Positions 29,283 through 37,366 of a DNA stretch of 64,000 bases are shown here, one piece after another. Source of the stretch: Myxococcota bacterium (GTDB taxonomy: Bacteria > Myxococcota_A > UBA796 > GCA-2862545); contig JBCCQY010000004.1 in the NCBI GenBank assembly GCA_039208735.1, positions 1-64,000 of the forward strand, given 5' to 3'. The position numbers and the translations under genes were made by a program. Each line of letters opens with the position of its first letter. The first letter of the stretch is position 1. The notes under the pieces are model-generated. The model was not told the DNA's origin. It did no database searches and saw only the letters and a program-made list of their open reading frames with translations.

Positions 29283-29424
29283 GATGACCGCCTCTTATCC
29301 CAGTTCCCTAGGTCAGGACCCGGCGGCTTGGTTTTCCCTTCTGACAGGGAGGCACCAGGGAGACGGTTCACAAGGCGACAAAACGAGCGACGCCAAGTTG
29401 TGCCACGCTGTCTGCGGAGGGGCC

Positions 29425-31845
29425 ATGACACAAGTATTCGTGTCCTACGCTCGCCAAGACGTTGCTCGCGTGCGTCCTATCGTCGATGCGCTTGAGGCCC
29501 ATGACGTTGACGTGTGGTGGGATCAGAAGCTTCGCCCTGGGGATCCGTTTCATGAAAGGATCGAACAGGAACTTGCTGATTCAGGTTGTGTGGTGGTGTG
29601 TTGGAGTGCGCGGTCGCGGGGTTCCCGATGGGTCCTTGATGAGGCTCGGCGGGCCATGGGCCGTGGGGTTTTGGTTCCGATTCGGCTCGACGGTCTGTTG
29701 CCCTTAGGCCACGGTGTGGTGCATACGATCGAATTCGAACACTGGAAGGAGACCCCCTCCGAAGACCCTTTTATCGATCTTCTCGGTTCGGTAGAGTCGT
29801 GCCTCTCGGGAACGCCAAGGCCCACGCTGCGTTGTCCAGCGAGGCCGGTGTTTGGCGGCGGAAGCAATCTCTCGGGTGGGGACGAATCCTCGTGGACAGG
29901 CCGAAACGACGAATTGGTATGGTTGGACCAGGCTCTCAATCGAACAGGCTCCGTTGCCGTCGTCAGCGGGGCTCCGGGCATTGGCAAGAGCGCACTCGCC
30001 CGGCGCTTCGCGTTGCGTCGTCTCTCTGATTATCCAGGCGGTTGTTTTCGAATCGAGGGTCGAGGGGGAGGACTACTCTCGGATCAGCTTCGCGACGTTG
30101 CGGTCACCCACGTCGGGCTCACGGACGCAGTTCGTTGGACGCTCCCCCAGCTTTTTCGTGCATTTGCACAAGTGGGTCCCACCCTGCTCATTTTCGACGA
30201 TCTGTTGGGCCCTGATTCCTTGAAGGAGCGCGATGTCCAGCTGTTGCCGGCCGCAGGGCTTCCGATCGATGTGCTCATCACGACCAACTTCGGGGGGTGG
30301 TGGCAGACCGAGGAGTTGGAACTGAGGGCTCTGCCCTTCGATGAAGCACAGCGGTTGTGTAGGATTCTCGTTGGGCAGCGGTCAGATTCAACCCAGACGG
30401 CCAAGCTTGCGATGGCAGCGGATGGCAACTTGGTCTTGCTTTCTGCATGGGCGAAGTTCGTTTGGTCTAAACTTAGACATCGCCGAGAAGTGTCGGAAGG
30501 GGACCTCATAGAAGAGATTCTCACCCATGCTGGTGACACCTTTGAAGGTCCTTGGCGCAACCTAAGCGATGAAGAACAGAAGCGGCTTGGATTGGTCTGT
30601 CGACTCTCTTTGGCGGGCGTGTCGCCAGCGTTGGTGGCCGAAATTGAGGGGGTTCCCTTTTCCGTTGAAGCCTTTGATCGACTGACGGATTTGAACCTCG
30701 TTCAAGGGAATGATGAGCGACGCCAGGTACCCGGTGCGCTGGCGGCCTGGGTCCGCCGGCGGGCTCCCTTGGATGCGCACATGGCTTGCCGGTTGCGGAT
30801 TCGGTTGGTCGATGCTGCGCGGCAGGCGCTAAGTGATCCGCACGATCGCAATGCCGCCGCTATACTTTGGGCATTGGGTTCGCATGCGGGATTTGTGGAG
30901 GAGGCTTTTGTCGAGCCCCGGACGCAGCGTTTTCCTGATCTGCTTGCCGTGGGTGACGCCTTGCTGCAAGCGGGTGCCTTTGACGAAGCCAGAAGCTGGC
31001 ACGAGCGTGCGGCTGGGGTGGCGCAGGAAGGAGATGAACACGGACAGATCAACCATCACCATGTCGCCGAAGGCTTGCATGGGGTTGGGGTCGGCTTTTG
31101 TGAGCAACACCGGTACGAGGAAGCCCTCCCTTGGTGTGAGAGGGCTGTCGCAGAACATCGACTCGGAATTGAGTTTGGAGGGACCGAGCGGATCAAACTG
31201 GGCCAGAGTCTGCATCAGCTCGGCTGGTGTTTGACTCGGCTGGACCGTTTTGGTGATGCGTTGCCCTGGCTCCAGCAAGCCATTGGTGAGTACCTCGCTG
31301 GCGACGGACAAGGTCGTATCGACCACACTGAACTCGGAAAGACGTACTTTGCTGTTGGGCTCTACTTTTCTGGGCAAGAGGACTATGCTCGAGCCCGAGG
31401 GTGGTATGAGGACGCGGTAGACGCGTTTCAGAGAGGAAATGTTTCAGGTCGCGTCGACCACGAGTGTCTGGCGACCGGATATCATCAGATAGGCCTTTGC
31501 CTTTCTCGAACCGAGCAGTTTGCAGAGGCGCTGAGTCATTACGAACGTGCGGCAACCGGGGCCGGATTGGGGGATGTGTTTGGACGGGTCAACCATCAGG
31601 CTGTAGGAGTGAGCCTCCACCAATCCGCACTCTGTTTGCGGAAGCTTGGGAGGGAGGAGGAGGCCCAGGCCCGATTCGAACAAGCGGTCACCGAAATGGC
31701 GCAAGGTGATGTTTATGGACGCGTCAACCACTGGCTTCTCGCCTTGGCTCTTGACGGGGTGGCGGGTTCGCTCGAGAGACGAAGCATGGTCGATGAAGCC
31801 CGGGAATGGCGTCACCGTGCCGAGAAGGCGTGCGAATTGGTCTAG
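29425..31845 (+). CDS. TIR - P-loop NTPase (STAND/NB-ARC-like) - TPR protein
   Basis: VFVSYARQD...SRWVLDEA (TIR); GRNDEL; GAPGIGKS (Walker A); LLIFDD (Walker B); six 45-aa TPR-like repeats. Confidence 0.88.
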   Translation: MTQVFVSYARQDVARVRPIVDALEAHDVDVWWDQKLRPGDPFHERIEQELADSGCVVVCWSARSRGSRWVLDEARRAMGRGVLVPIRLDGLLPLGHGVVHTIEFEHWKETPSEDPFIDLLGSVESCLSGTPRPTLRCPARPVFGGGSNLSGGDESSWTGRNDELVWLDQALNRTGSVAVVSGAPGIGKSALARRFALRRLSDYPGGCFRIEGRGGGLLSDQLRDVAVTHVGLTDAVRWTLPQLFRAFAQVGPTLLIFDDLLGPDSLKERDVQLLPAAGLPIDVLITTNFGGWWQTEELELRALPFDEAQRLCRILVGQRSDSTQTAKLAMAADGNLVLLSAWAKFVWSKLRHRREVSEGDLIEEILTHAGDTFEGPWRNLSDEEQKRLGLVCRLSLAGVSPALVAEIEGVPFSVEAFDRLTDLNLVQGNDERRQVPGALAAWVRRRAPLDAHMACRLRIRLVDAARQALSDPHDRNAAAILWALGSHAGFVEEAFVEPRTQRFPDLLAVGDALLQAGAFDEARSWHERAAGVAQEGDEHGQINHHHVAEGLHGVGVGFCEQHRYEEALPWCERAVAEHRLGIEFGGTERIKLGQSLHQLGWCLTRLDRFGDALPWLQQAIGEYLAGDGQGRIDHTELGKTYFAVGLYFSGQEDYARARGWYEDAVDAFQRGNVSGRVDHECLATGYHQIGLCLSRTEQFAEALSHYERAATGAGLGDVFGRVNHQAVGVSLHQSALCLRKLGREEEAQARFEQAVTEMAQGDVYGRVNHWLLALALDGVAGSLERRSMVDEAREWRHRAEKACELV
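31030..31845 (+). repeat. Six coding 45-aa TPR-like repeats
   Basis: Units start GDEHG, GIEFG, GDGQG, GNVSG, GDVFG, GDVYG at exactly 45-aa spacing. Confidence 0.85.
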
Positions 31846-32031
31846 CGGAGTCAAGCTCGCTGACGGTGAGCGGGGGCCGTTGGAGGCCGGAAGTTTCTCG
31901 GGGGGGTTGGAGGAAATCTGACTCGAGTTGGATAGGACGGGCGTGCTGTCGCTCGCTGATCTCTGCGTTCACCGACGTCAATAATCGAAGTGTTCCGCTC
32001 TTCATATATGAGGCTTACATGAAGTGTTTGG

Positions 32032-32205
32032 GTGTACTGCGTGCAGAACAACAGCTCGGCGCCCGCCACGGACTGCGACGATTCCAATCCGCTGGTGAAT
32101 CCCGAGCTTCCAGAAGTGGTCGATGGTGTCGACAACGACTGTGATGGCGCGATTGACGAAGACACGACTGCATTCGATGATGATGGGGATTGCTACTGCG
32201 AGATT
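32032..32205 (+). pseudogene. Remnant of a Cys/Asp putative metal-binding-motif surface protein
   Basis: DCDDSNPLVNPELPEVVDGVDNDCDGAIDE...DDDGDCYC with no signal peptide or clear RBS; degenerates quickly. Confidence 0.55.
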
Positions 32206-32420
32206 CAACCTGTCGCAAGAGCATCAACAGCATTTGTGAGCCCCAATGGTGCACAGGGAACAACCTCGACAACCCTGGGCTGTCCATAAACGGAATGCGT
32301 TGCCAACGTTGGTTACTGAGTTCATCCCCGCAATCTGGCCCCACGTCCATACTACGCCCCACCCGACACTCGGGCCGAAGTGGCTCCAGCTCCCGGACGT
32401 TAGCTCCGTTGCCGAAATTA

Positions 32421-33149
32421 CTACGTGGGCGGGGGGATAATCTCCACCGTGGTGCGTGACTGTGTTGAGGAAAAGCCGTCTGACTGCGTTTCTTCAAGAA
32501 TGGTCGTGCCGCCATTGAGTAGGTCAGGACCTACAAAATCGCTAACCCAGAACTGTTCGTCGGAGCCGTCAATGAGCCCATCCCGGAACTCAGTATGAGC
32601 CACCCAAGAGATGAGTTCCGTCCCTTCATCATTGAACTGGAAGGTATGGAATACGGTTCCGTCCGATGGCACCCAGACTGCGTTGTTGACTTTGTTGGGG
32701 CAATCCGTCTCGAAGAGAGACCAGCTTCCATCGAAGGTGACGCAGCGTCCTTCGACATTTGGGGCTCCCGTGGTTTCGCCCGTGAACCGAGCCAGGCAAC
32801 TTTGACTCAGGATAGTGACGGCCAGCTCCAACTCAATGATGCCTCCGACCATCGGGTTGGCCGAGGGCCCCGCGCAGGCCGCAGCCATCGCGTCGTCGGG
32901 AGGGGGGCCGGTAGGGATGCGGTCATCTTCGGTTTCATCGCCCGTATCCTTTGGGGTGGTGCCGCCCGTCAGCGTGGGTGGGGCGACGCCGTCCTCGCAA
33001 TCCGGAGCCCCTGCACAGTCCGGGTCGTTGCAGTCGAACAGTCCATCCACATCGTTGTCCGCGCCGTCCGTGCATTCGCCGGGGTCATCGCCTTCGCGTT
33101 CGCGGTCGCCAATCAGGACACACGCGACCAACATCCACCACATCGCCAT
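32421..33149 (-). CDS. Hypothetical lipoprotein with a Cys/Asp motif
   Basis: Lipobox-like LVAC; ECTDGADNDVDGLFDCNDPDC; GGAGG RBS. Confidence 0.7.
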   Translation of the reverse strand: MAMWWMLVACVLIGDREREGDDPGECTDGADNDVDGLFDCNDPDCAGAPDCEDGVAPPTLTGGTTPKDTGDETEDDRIPTGPPPDDAMAAACAGPSANPMVGGIIELELAVTILSQSCLARFTGETTGAPNVEGRCVTFDGSWSLFETDCPNKVNNAVWVPSDGTVFHTFQFNDEGTELISWVAHTEFRDGLIDGSDEQFWVSDFVGPDLLNGGTTILEETQSDGFSSTQSRTTVEIIPPPT

Positions 33150-33294
33150 CTGAGGCCTCCGTTGAGGGGGCTGTCCCCGAGGGGGGCATGATAGCCGCCG
33201 GAAGGCTCCTCGACCTGTCGCACTTGCCGAATCGAAGCCTTATGGAACCGAGTCGGCGCCGGGAGGAGATGTCCCGGCCCGCAACGAGGAGATC

Positions 33295-34770
33295 ATGGCA
33301 CAGGATCGAGCAGTAACCCCCCGTTCCGAGGACTACAGCAAGTGGTACCTCGACGTGATCGCGAGAGCCGACCTGGTCGACGACGCGCCCGTCCGGGGCT
33401 GCAAAGTCCTGAAGCCTCATGGCTATGCGATTTGGGAAGCCATCCAGCGCGATCTTGACCGGCGGTTCAAAGATACCGGCCACGAAAATGCCTACTTCCC
33501 CCTCTTCATCCCGATGTCGTTCCTCTCGAAGGAAGCCGATCACGTCGAGGGATTCGCGATGGAGACGGCGCTCGTGACCCACCACCGCCTGCGAGCCGCA
33601 GAAGGGGGCGGCGTCGAACCCGACCCGGATTCGCAACTCGAAGAACCCTATGTCGTACGGCCGACCTCGGAAACGGTCATTTGGCACATGTACGGCCGAT
33701 GGATCGAGAGCTGGCGCGACCTGCCGATCCTCATCAACCAGTGGGCGAACGTGGTCCGTTGGGAACTCCGCACGCGGCCGTTCCTTCGCACGGCTGAGTT
33801 CCTCTGGCAGGAAGGTCACACCGCCCACGCCACGGCCAAGGAAGCGGAAGCCGAAACCTTGCAAATGCTTGAAGTCTACCGTGCGTTCGCCGAAGACTTC
33901 CTCGCGGTTCCCGTATTGACCGGCCGCAAATCAGCGCGGGAGCGCTTCGCAGGAGCCGTCGAGACCTACACCATCGAAGCGATGATGCAGAACGGGTGGG
34001 CGCTGCAGTCCGGTACGAGCCACTTTCTTGGGCAAAACTTCGCCAAGGCATTCGACGTCACGTTCCAGAATGAAGCTGGCGAGCGCGATTTTGTCTGGGC
34101 GACTTCCTGGGGGGTGTCGACGCGGCTCATTGGCGCGGTGGTGATGACTCACAGCGACGACGACGGGTTGGTTCTGCCCCCAAAGGTGGCTCCGGTGCAG
34201 GTCGTCATCATCCCGGTCTACAAGAGCAAAGACCGCGACGTCGTAATGGAAGCGGTCGACAAGCTGCACGCCGACCTTAAGGCGCACTTCCGGGTCAAGG
34301 TCGACGACCGCGACAACCTACGTCCGGGCGCCAAGTACTTTGAGTGGGAACAAAAGGGCGTGCCCCTACGGCTCGAGGTGGGGCCCCGCGATGTGGCCAA
34401 GGGTCAGGCGTTCGCCAAGCGTCGGACGGGGGGCGACAAGTTCGCTGTCACCCTCGACAACGCCGTGGCCGAAGTCACCGAGGTGCTCGATGGGGTCCAG
34501 CAGGCCTTGTTCGATGCCGCTGTCGCACGGCGAGAGGCCATGACCTACACCGTGGAGTCGCGCGAGGCGTTCGTGGAGGGGCTCGACGAGCAACCCGGGT
34601 TCTACCGCATTCCCTGGGGCGGCGATGACGACGATGAAGCGCAGATCCAGTCGGAGGTCCGCGCGACGCTGCGTTGCTATCCGCTCGAGCAGGACGCGGT
34701 CGAAGGAATGACCTGCCCGCTGACCGGAAAGCCTTCACATACCTGGGCCATCTTCGCGCGCGCCTACTGA
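33295..34770 (+). CDS. proS: Proline-tRNA ligase (archaeal/eukaryote type)
   Basis: VRPTSE, QWANVVRWE, FLWQEGH, SGTSHFLGQNF, SWGVSTR, C-terminal FARAY. Confidence 0.97.
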   Translation: MAQDRAVTPRSEDYSKWYLDVIARADLVDDAPVRGCKVLKPHGYAIWEAIQRDLDRRFKDTGHENAYFPLFIPMSFLSKEADHVEGFAMETALVTHHRLRAAEGGGVEPDPDSQLEEPYVVRPTSETVIWHMYGRWIESWRDLPILINQWANVVRWELRTRPFLRTAEFLWQEGHTAHATAKEAEAETLQMLEVYRAFAEDFLAVPVLTGRKSARERFAGAVETYTIEAMMQNGWALQSGTSHFLGQNFAKAFDVTFQNEAGERDFVWATSWGVSTRLIGAVVMTHSDDDGLVLPPKVAPVQVVIIPVYKSKDRDVVMEAVDKLHADLKAHFRVKVDDRDNLRPGAKYFEWEQKGVPLRLEVGPRDVAKGQAFAKRRTGGDKFAVTLDNAVAEVTEVLDGVQQALFDAAVARREAMTYTVESREAFVEGLDEQPGFYRIPWGGDDDDEAQIQSEVRATLRCYPLEQDAVEGMTCPLTGKPSHTWAIFARAY

Positions 34771-34771
34771 G

Positions 34772-35605
34772 CTACTCGATCGCGGTGGGGTCCCATGCGG
34801 TCCGGCCGTTCTCGTCATCGGCGAGCCCGCCCAGCGCTTCGTGGTCGGACTCGTCGAGGGCGAAATCGAAAATCGCTGCGTTGTCGTCGATGCGTTGGGG
34901 ATTCGAAGACTTGGGCAGGATGACCAGGTTTTGTTCGATGCCCCATCGGAGCAGCACCTGCGCTGCAGTTCGCCCATGTTTGGTGGCTACCGACTGCAGT
35001 GTGGGGTCGTCGAGCCGCTTGCCCTTGGTCAGTGGTGAATACGCCTGAACCGTGATGCCTTGGGCCGCACAGAACGCTCGCAGGCCGGTCTGCGGCAAGA
35101 ATGGGTGGCACTCCACTTGGTTCACGGCGGGCGGAACCTTGGCCTGGTCGAGCAGTTCCGTGAGATGGCGCTGAGTGTAGTTGCTCACGCCGATGGCGCG
35201 GGCCTGACCGTCGGCGAAAATGGCCTCCAAGGCACGCCAACTGTCCTTTCGCTTCTCGGGAACGGGCCAATGGATCAGGTAAAGGTCGACTTGGGCGACG
35301 CCAAGCGTTTCAAGGCTTCGATCGAACGCATGGCGTGCCTCGTCGTAGCCATGGTCATCATTCCAGAGTTTTGTCGTGACGAAAATCTCGTCCCTGGCCA
35401 CCTCGGATGTGCGCAGTGCGGCACCGACTTCCTCTTCGTTCCGATAGATGCTGGCCGTGTCGATGTGTCGATAGCCCGTTCGCAATGCGTGCAGGACTGC
35501 GCCGACCGTTCCGTCTCCTGGGCCGGCACGGAACACCCCGAGGCCTACGATGGGCATCTCGACGTTCGGCGCGATGGTCAGGGTGGATTGCAGGGACATC
35601 GTCAT
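34772..35605 (-). CDS. Aldo/keto reductase (2,5-DKG reductase-like)
   Basis: GYRHIDTASIY, FVTTKLW, YLIHWP, IGVSN, NQVECHP, ILPKS. Confidence 0.95.
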   Translation of the reverse strand: MTMSLQSTLTIAPNVEMPIVGLGVFRAGPGDGTVGAVLHALRTGYRHIDTASIYRNEEEVGAALRTSEVARDEIFVTTKLWNDDHGYDEARHAFDRSLETLGVAQVDLYLIHWPVPEKRKDSWRALEAIFADGQARAIGVSNYTQRHLTELLDQAKVPPAVNQVECHPFLPQTGLRAFCAAQGITVQAYSPLTKGKRLDDPTLQSVATKHGRTAAQVLLRWGIEQNLVILPKSSNPQRIDDNAAIFDFALDESDHEALGGLADDENGRTAWDPTAIE

Positions 35606-36093
35606 GGCAACTCCACGTCCAGGTCGAGTTCATCGATGATCTGTTTGGCCACACGCTGCTCGTGGCGGCCGAGCTGCGGCACAATGACGTGCGACACCAA
35701 TCGATAGAGCTGATCGAGGTCGGAAGCGTCTCCGTCCACGGGTACATAGATCACCGTGCATCGTTCGAGCACCTTGGCCCGGAGCGTCTCGTCGAGGAGC
35801 GTGGTGCTGCCCAACGCGATGACGGGCGGGGTGGACTGTGCAAGCGGACGGTCCAGCAGGGCGGTCTCAGCCTCGCGACGTGCCTCTTCGCCATCTTCGA
35901 GCAGGACGCGGCGGAGGTCCTTGCCCAGACGGTGTTCGACTGCGCGATCGAGGAGGAACAACGGCAGTCCCGTCAAGATCGACACCAAACGAGCCGTCTG
36001 ATTGATGCGGGCCGCGGGAAGTCCCACCAACGCGAGCGGTTTGTCGGGGATGACGAGCGGCGTGTAACTGTAGTAGTCGATCGGTTCAGACAT
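35602..36093 (-). CDS. Shikimate kinase-like protein with a degenerate P-loop
   Basis: LVGLPAARI, LLDRAVE, GEEARREAE, VIALGS follow the AroK layout. Confidence 0.65.
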   Translation of the reverse strand: MSEPIDYYSYTPLVIPDKPLALVGLPAARINQTARLVSILTGLPLFLLDRAVEHRLGKDLRRVLLEDGEEARREAETALLDRPLAQSTPPVIALGSTTLLDETLRAKVLERCTVIYVPVDGDASDLDQLYRLVSHVIVPQLGRHEQRVAKQIIDELDLDVELP

Positions 36094-36120
36094 GAGAACG
36101 TCGTATCGACGATCCAACGC

Positions 36121-36148
36121 AAAACGGAAGCACTAAGGCTTCCGTTTT
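36121..36148 (-). terminator. Intrinsic terminator after the rhodopsin unit
   Basis: Perfect 11-bp inverted repeat AAAACGGAAGC/GCTTCCGTTTT, about 30 nt after the 71-aa gene stop. Confidence 0.75.
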
Positions 36149-36176
36149 CATCCTTCGGTGCTGATGGTCCTGCGGC

Positions 36177-36392
36177 CTAGTCGTCGTTCGCGGCGTTCCA
36201 GTTCCGCGCGACCAGGTAGCCGCCGACCCCGAGGTAGAGAACAGAGATCGACAAGAACGCGTCGAATCCGATGAACCCTAGGCCTTCGGGGATGAAGACC
36301 CCTGCCAGGACGGCCATGATGAGGCCAAGACCGCCCATGAACAGGATGGCAGCACCGGTGGTCCAGTAGTGGCCTCCAGCGTGCTGCAACAT
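36177..36392 (-). CDS. Small 2-TM membrane protein downstream of rhodopsin
   Basis: 71 aa, two hydrophobic helices, ATG 3 nt after the rhodopsin stop, GC3-rich codons. Confidence 0.75.
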   Translation of the reverse strand: MLQHAGGHYWTTGAAILFMGGLGLIMAVLAGVFIPEGLGFIGFDAFLSISVLYLGVGGYLVARNWNAANDD

Positions 36393-36395
36393 GAA

Positions 36396-37181
36396 CTACT
36401 TCGCCGTGGCCAGCCGCGCGTCGGCGACTTCACCCTCGGCTTCCATCTTGGAGCGCGCGATGGCGTAGATCATGAAGCCGTAGCCGCACTTGGCCGCGAT
36501 GTCCGCGATGGAGTAGCCGACCTGCAGGCCCACCACGGTCTCAGGACTCACCCCGAGGAGCGGAAGCGCGTAGGCGATGGGGTAGAAGCCCCACGTGGCG
36601 AGCAGGAGCAGACGGGTGTTGCGGAGAAGAACCTTGGTGTCCTCATCAAAGTCCGCCGCGGCCGAGGTCATTTCGACCCAAAGGACGTAGAGGATGTAGA
36701 GGAACGGAATGGTCGAGAGGACGGCCCAGATCACACGGGTCTGGAAGTCTGCCGAGATCTCGCCAGGGTAGCCAAGGCCGATCATCAGCGCCGAGGCGAT
36801 GACGAGGCGCGGCATCAGCGTGTTGCGGCGTTCGGCCGGCAGCGCGAGAACGGCGACGAGTTCCGCCACGAGGAGAGGCACGGTGAGGAGCCAGTCGACG
36901 TAGCGGTAGGCATCGTTGAACGGCTTTCCGGTTGCGGTGTACACCCCAGCTTCGGTGATGGCATACGCCTCTTCCCAGCTGTTGAAAATTCGCCAGTAGT
37001 GGTACGCGGCAATGCCGACGACCAACGACGAGAGAATCATGGCCGGACGGTACTTCGCAGAGAGCTGCTGGCGAGCCTGAACGAAGAACACGAACGAGCC
37101 GAGCATGGCCGCGATGGCCAGCGACAACATGTTGTACACCAGGTTGAACTGGACTGGCGTAAGTTGGGACGGAAGTTCCAC
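36396..37181 (-). CDS. Xanthorhodopsin/Gloeobacter-rhodopsin-like proton-pumping microbial rhodopsin (DTE)
   Basis: 7 TM; AYHYWRIF, FNDAYRYVDWLLTVPLLVAE, MIGLGYPGE, WGFYP, ADIAAK retinal Lys; GGAGAGGA RBS before GTG. Confidence 0.96.
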   Translation of the reverse strand: MELPSQLTPVQFNLVYNMLSLAIAAMLGSFVFFVQARQQLSAKYRPAMILSSLVVGIAAYHYWRIFNSWEEAYAITEAGVYTATGKPFNDAYRYVDWLLTVPLLVAELVAVLALPAERRNTLMPRLVIASALMIGLGYPGEISADFQTRVIWAVLSTIPFLYILYVLWVEMTSAAADFDEDTKVLLRNTRLLLLATWGFYPIAYALPLLGVSPETVVGLQVGYSIADIAAKCGYGFMIYAIARSKMEAEGEVADARLATAK

Positions 37182-37252
37182 TGTTTTCCTCTCCTTGGAC
37201 GGTTGAAGAGAACCCAGGGGTATCAATTCAAAAGCGGTTCGGAGACCTGTTC

Positions 37253-37296
37253 AAAAAAAACAGAAGCTCTTCACGCTGTAGATGGCGGAAGAGCTT
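37253..37296 (-). terminator. Intrinsic terminator between the MerR gene and rhodopsin
   Basis: Minus strand AAGCTCTTCCGC...GCGTGAAGAGCTT followed by CTG-T8. Confidence 0.7.
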
Positions 37297-37366
37297 GGGT
37301 TTTTCTTGGGTTGTGCCGCTTGTGCGATCTTGGTGAGCCTACACGATCGCGTTCAGCATGGGCTCG

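Noticed and set aside
29283..33294. Prophage or transposon at the lower-GC patch
   Set aside because: No integrase, transposase, tRNA or terminal repeats recognised.
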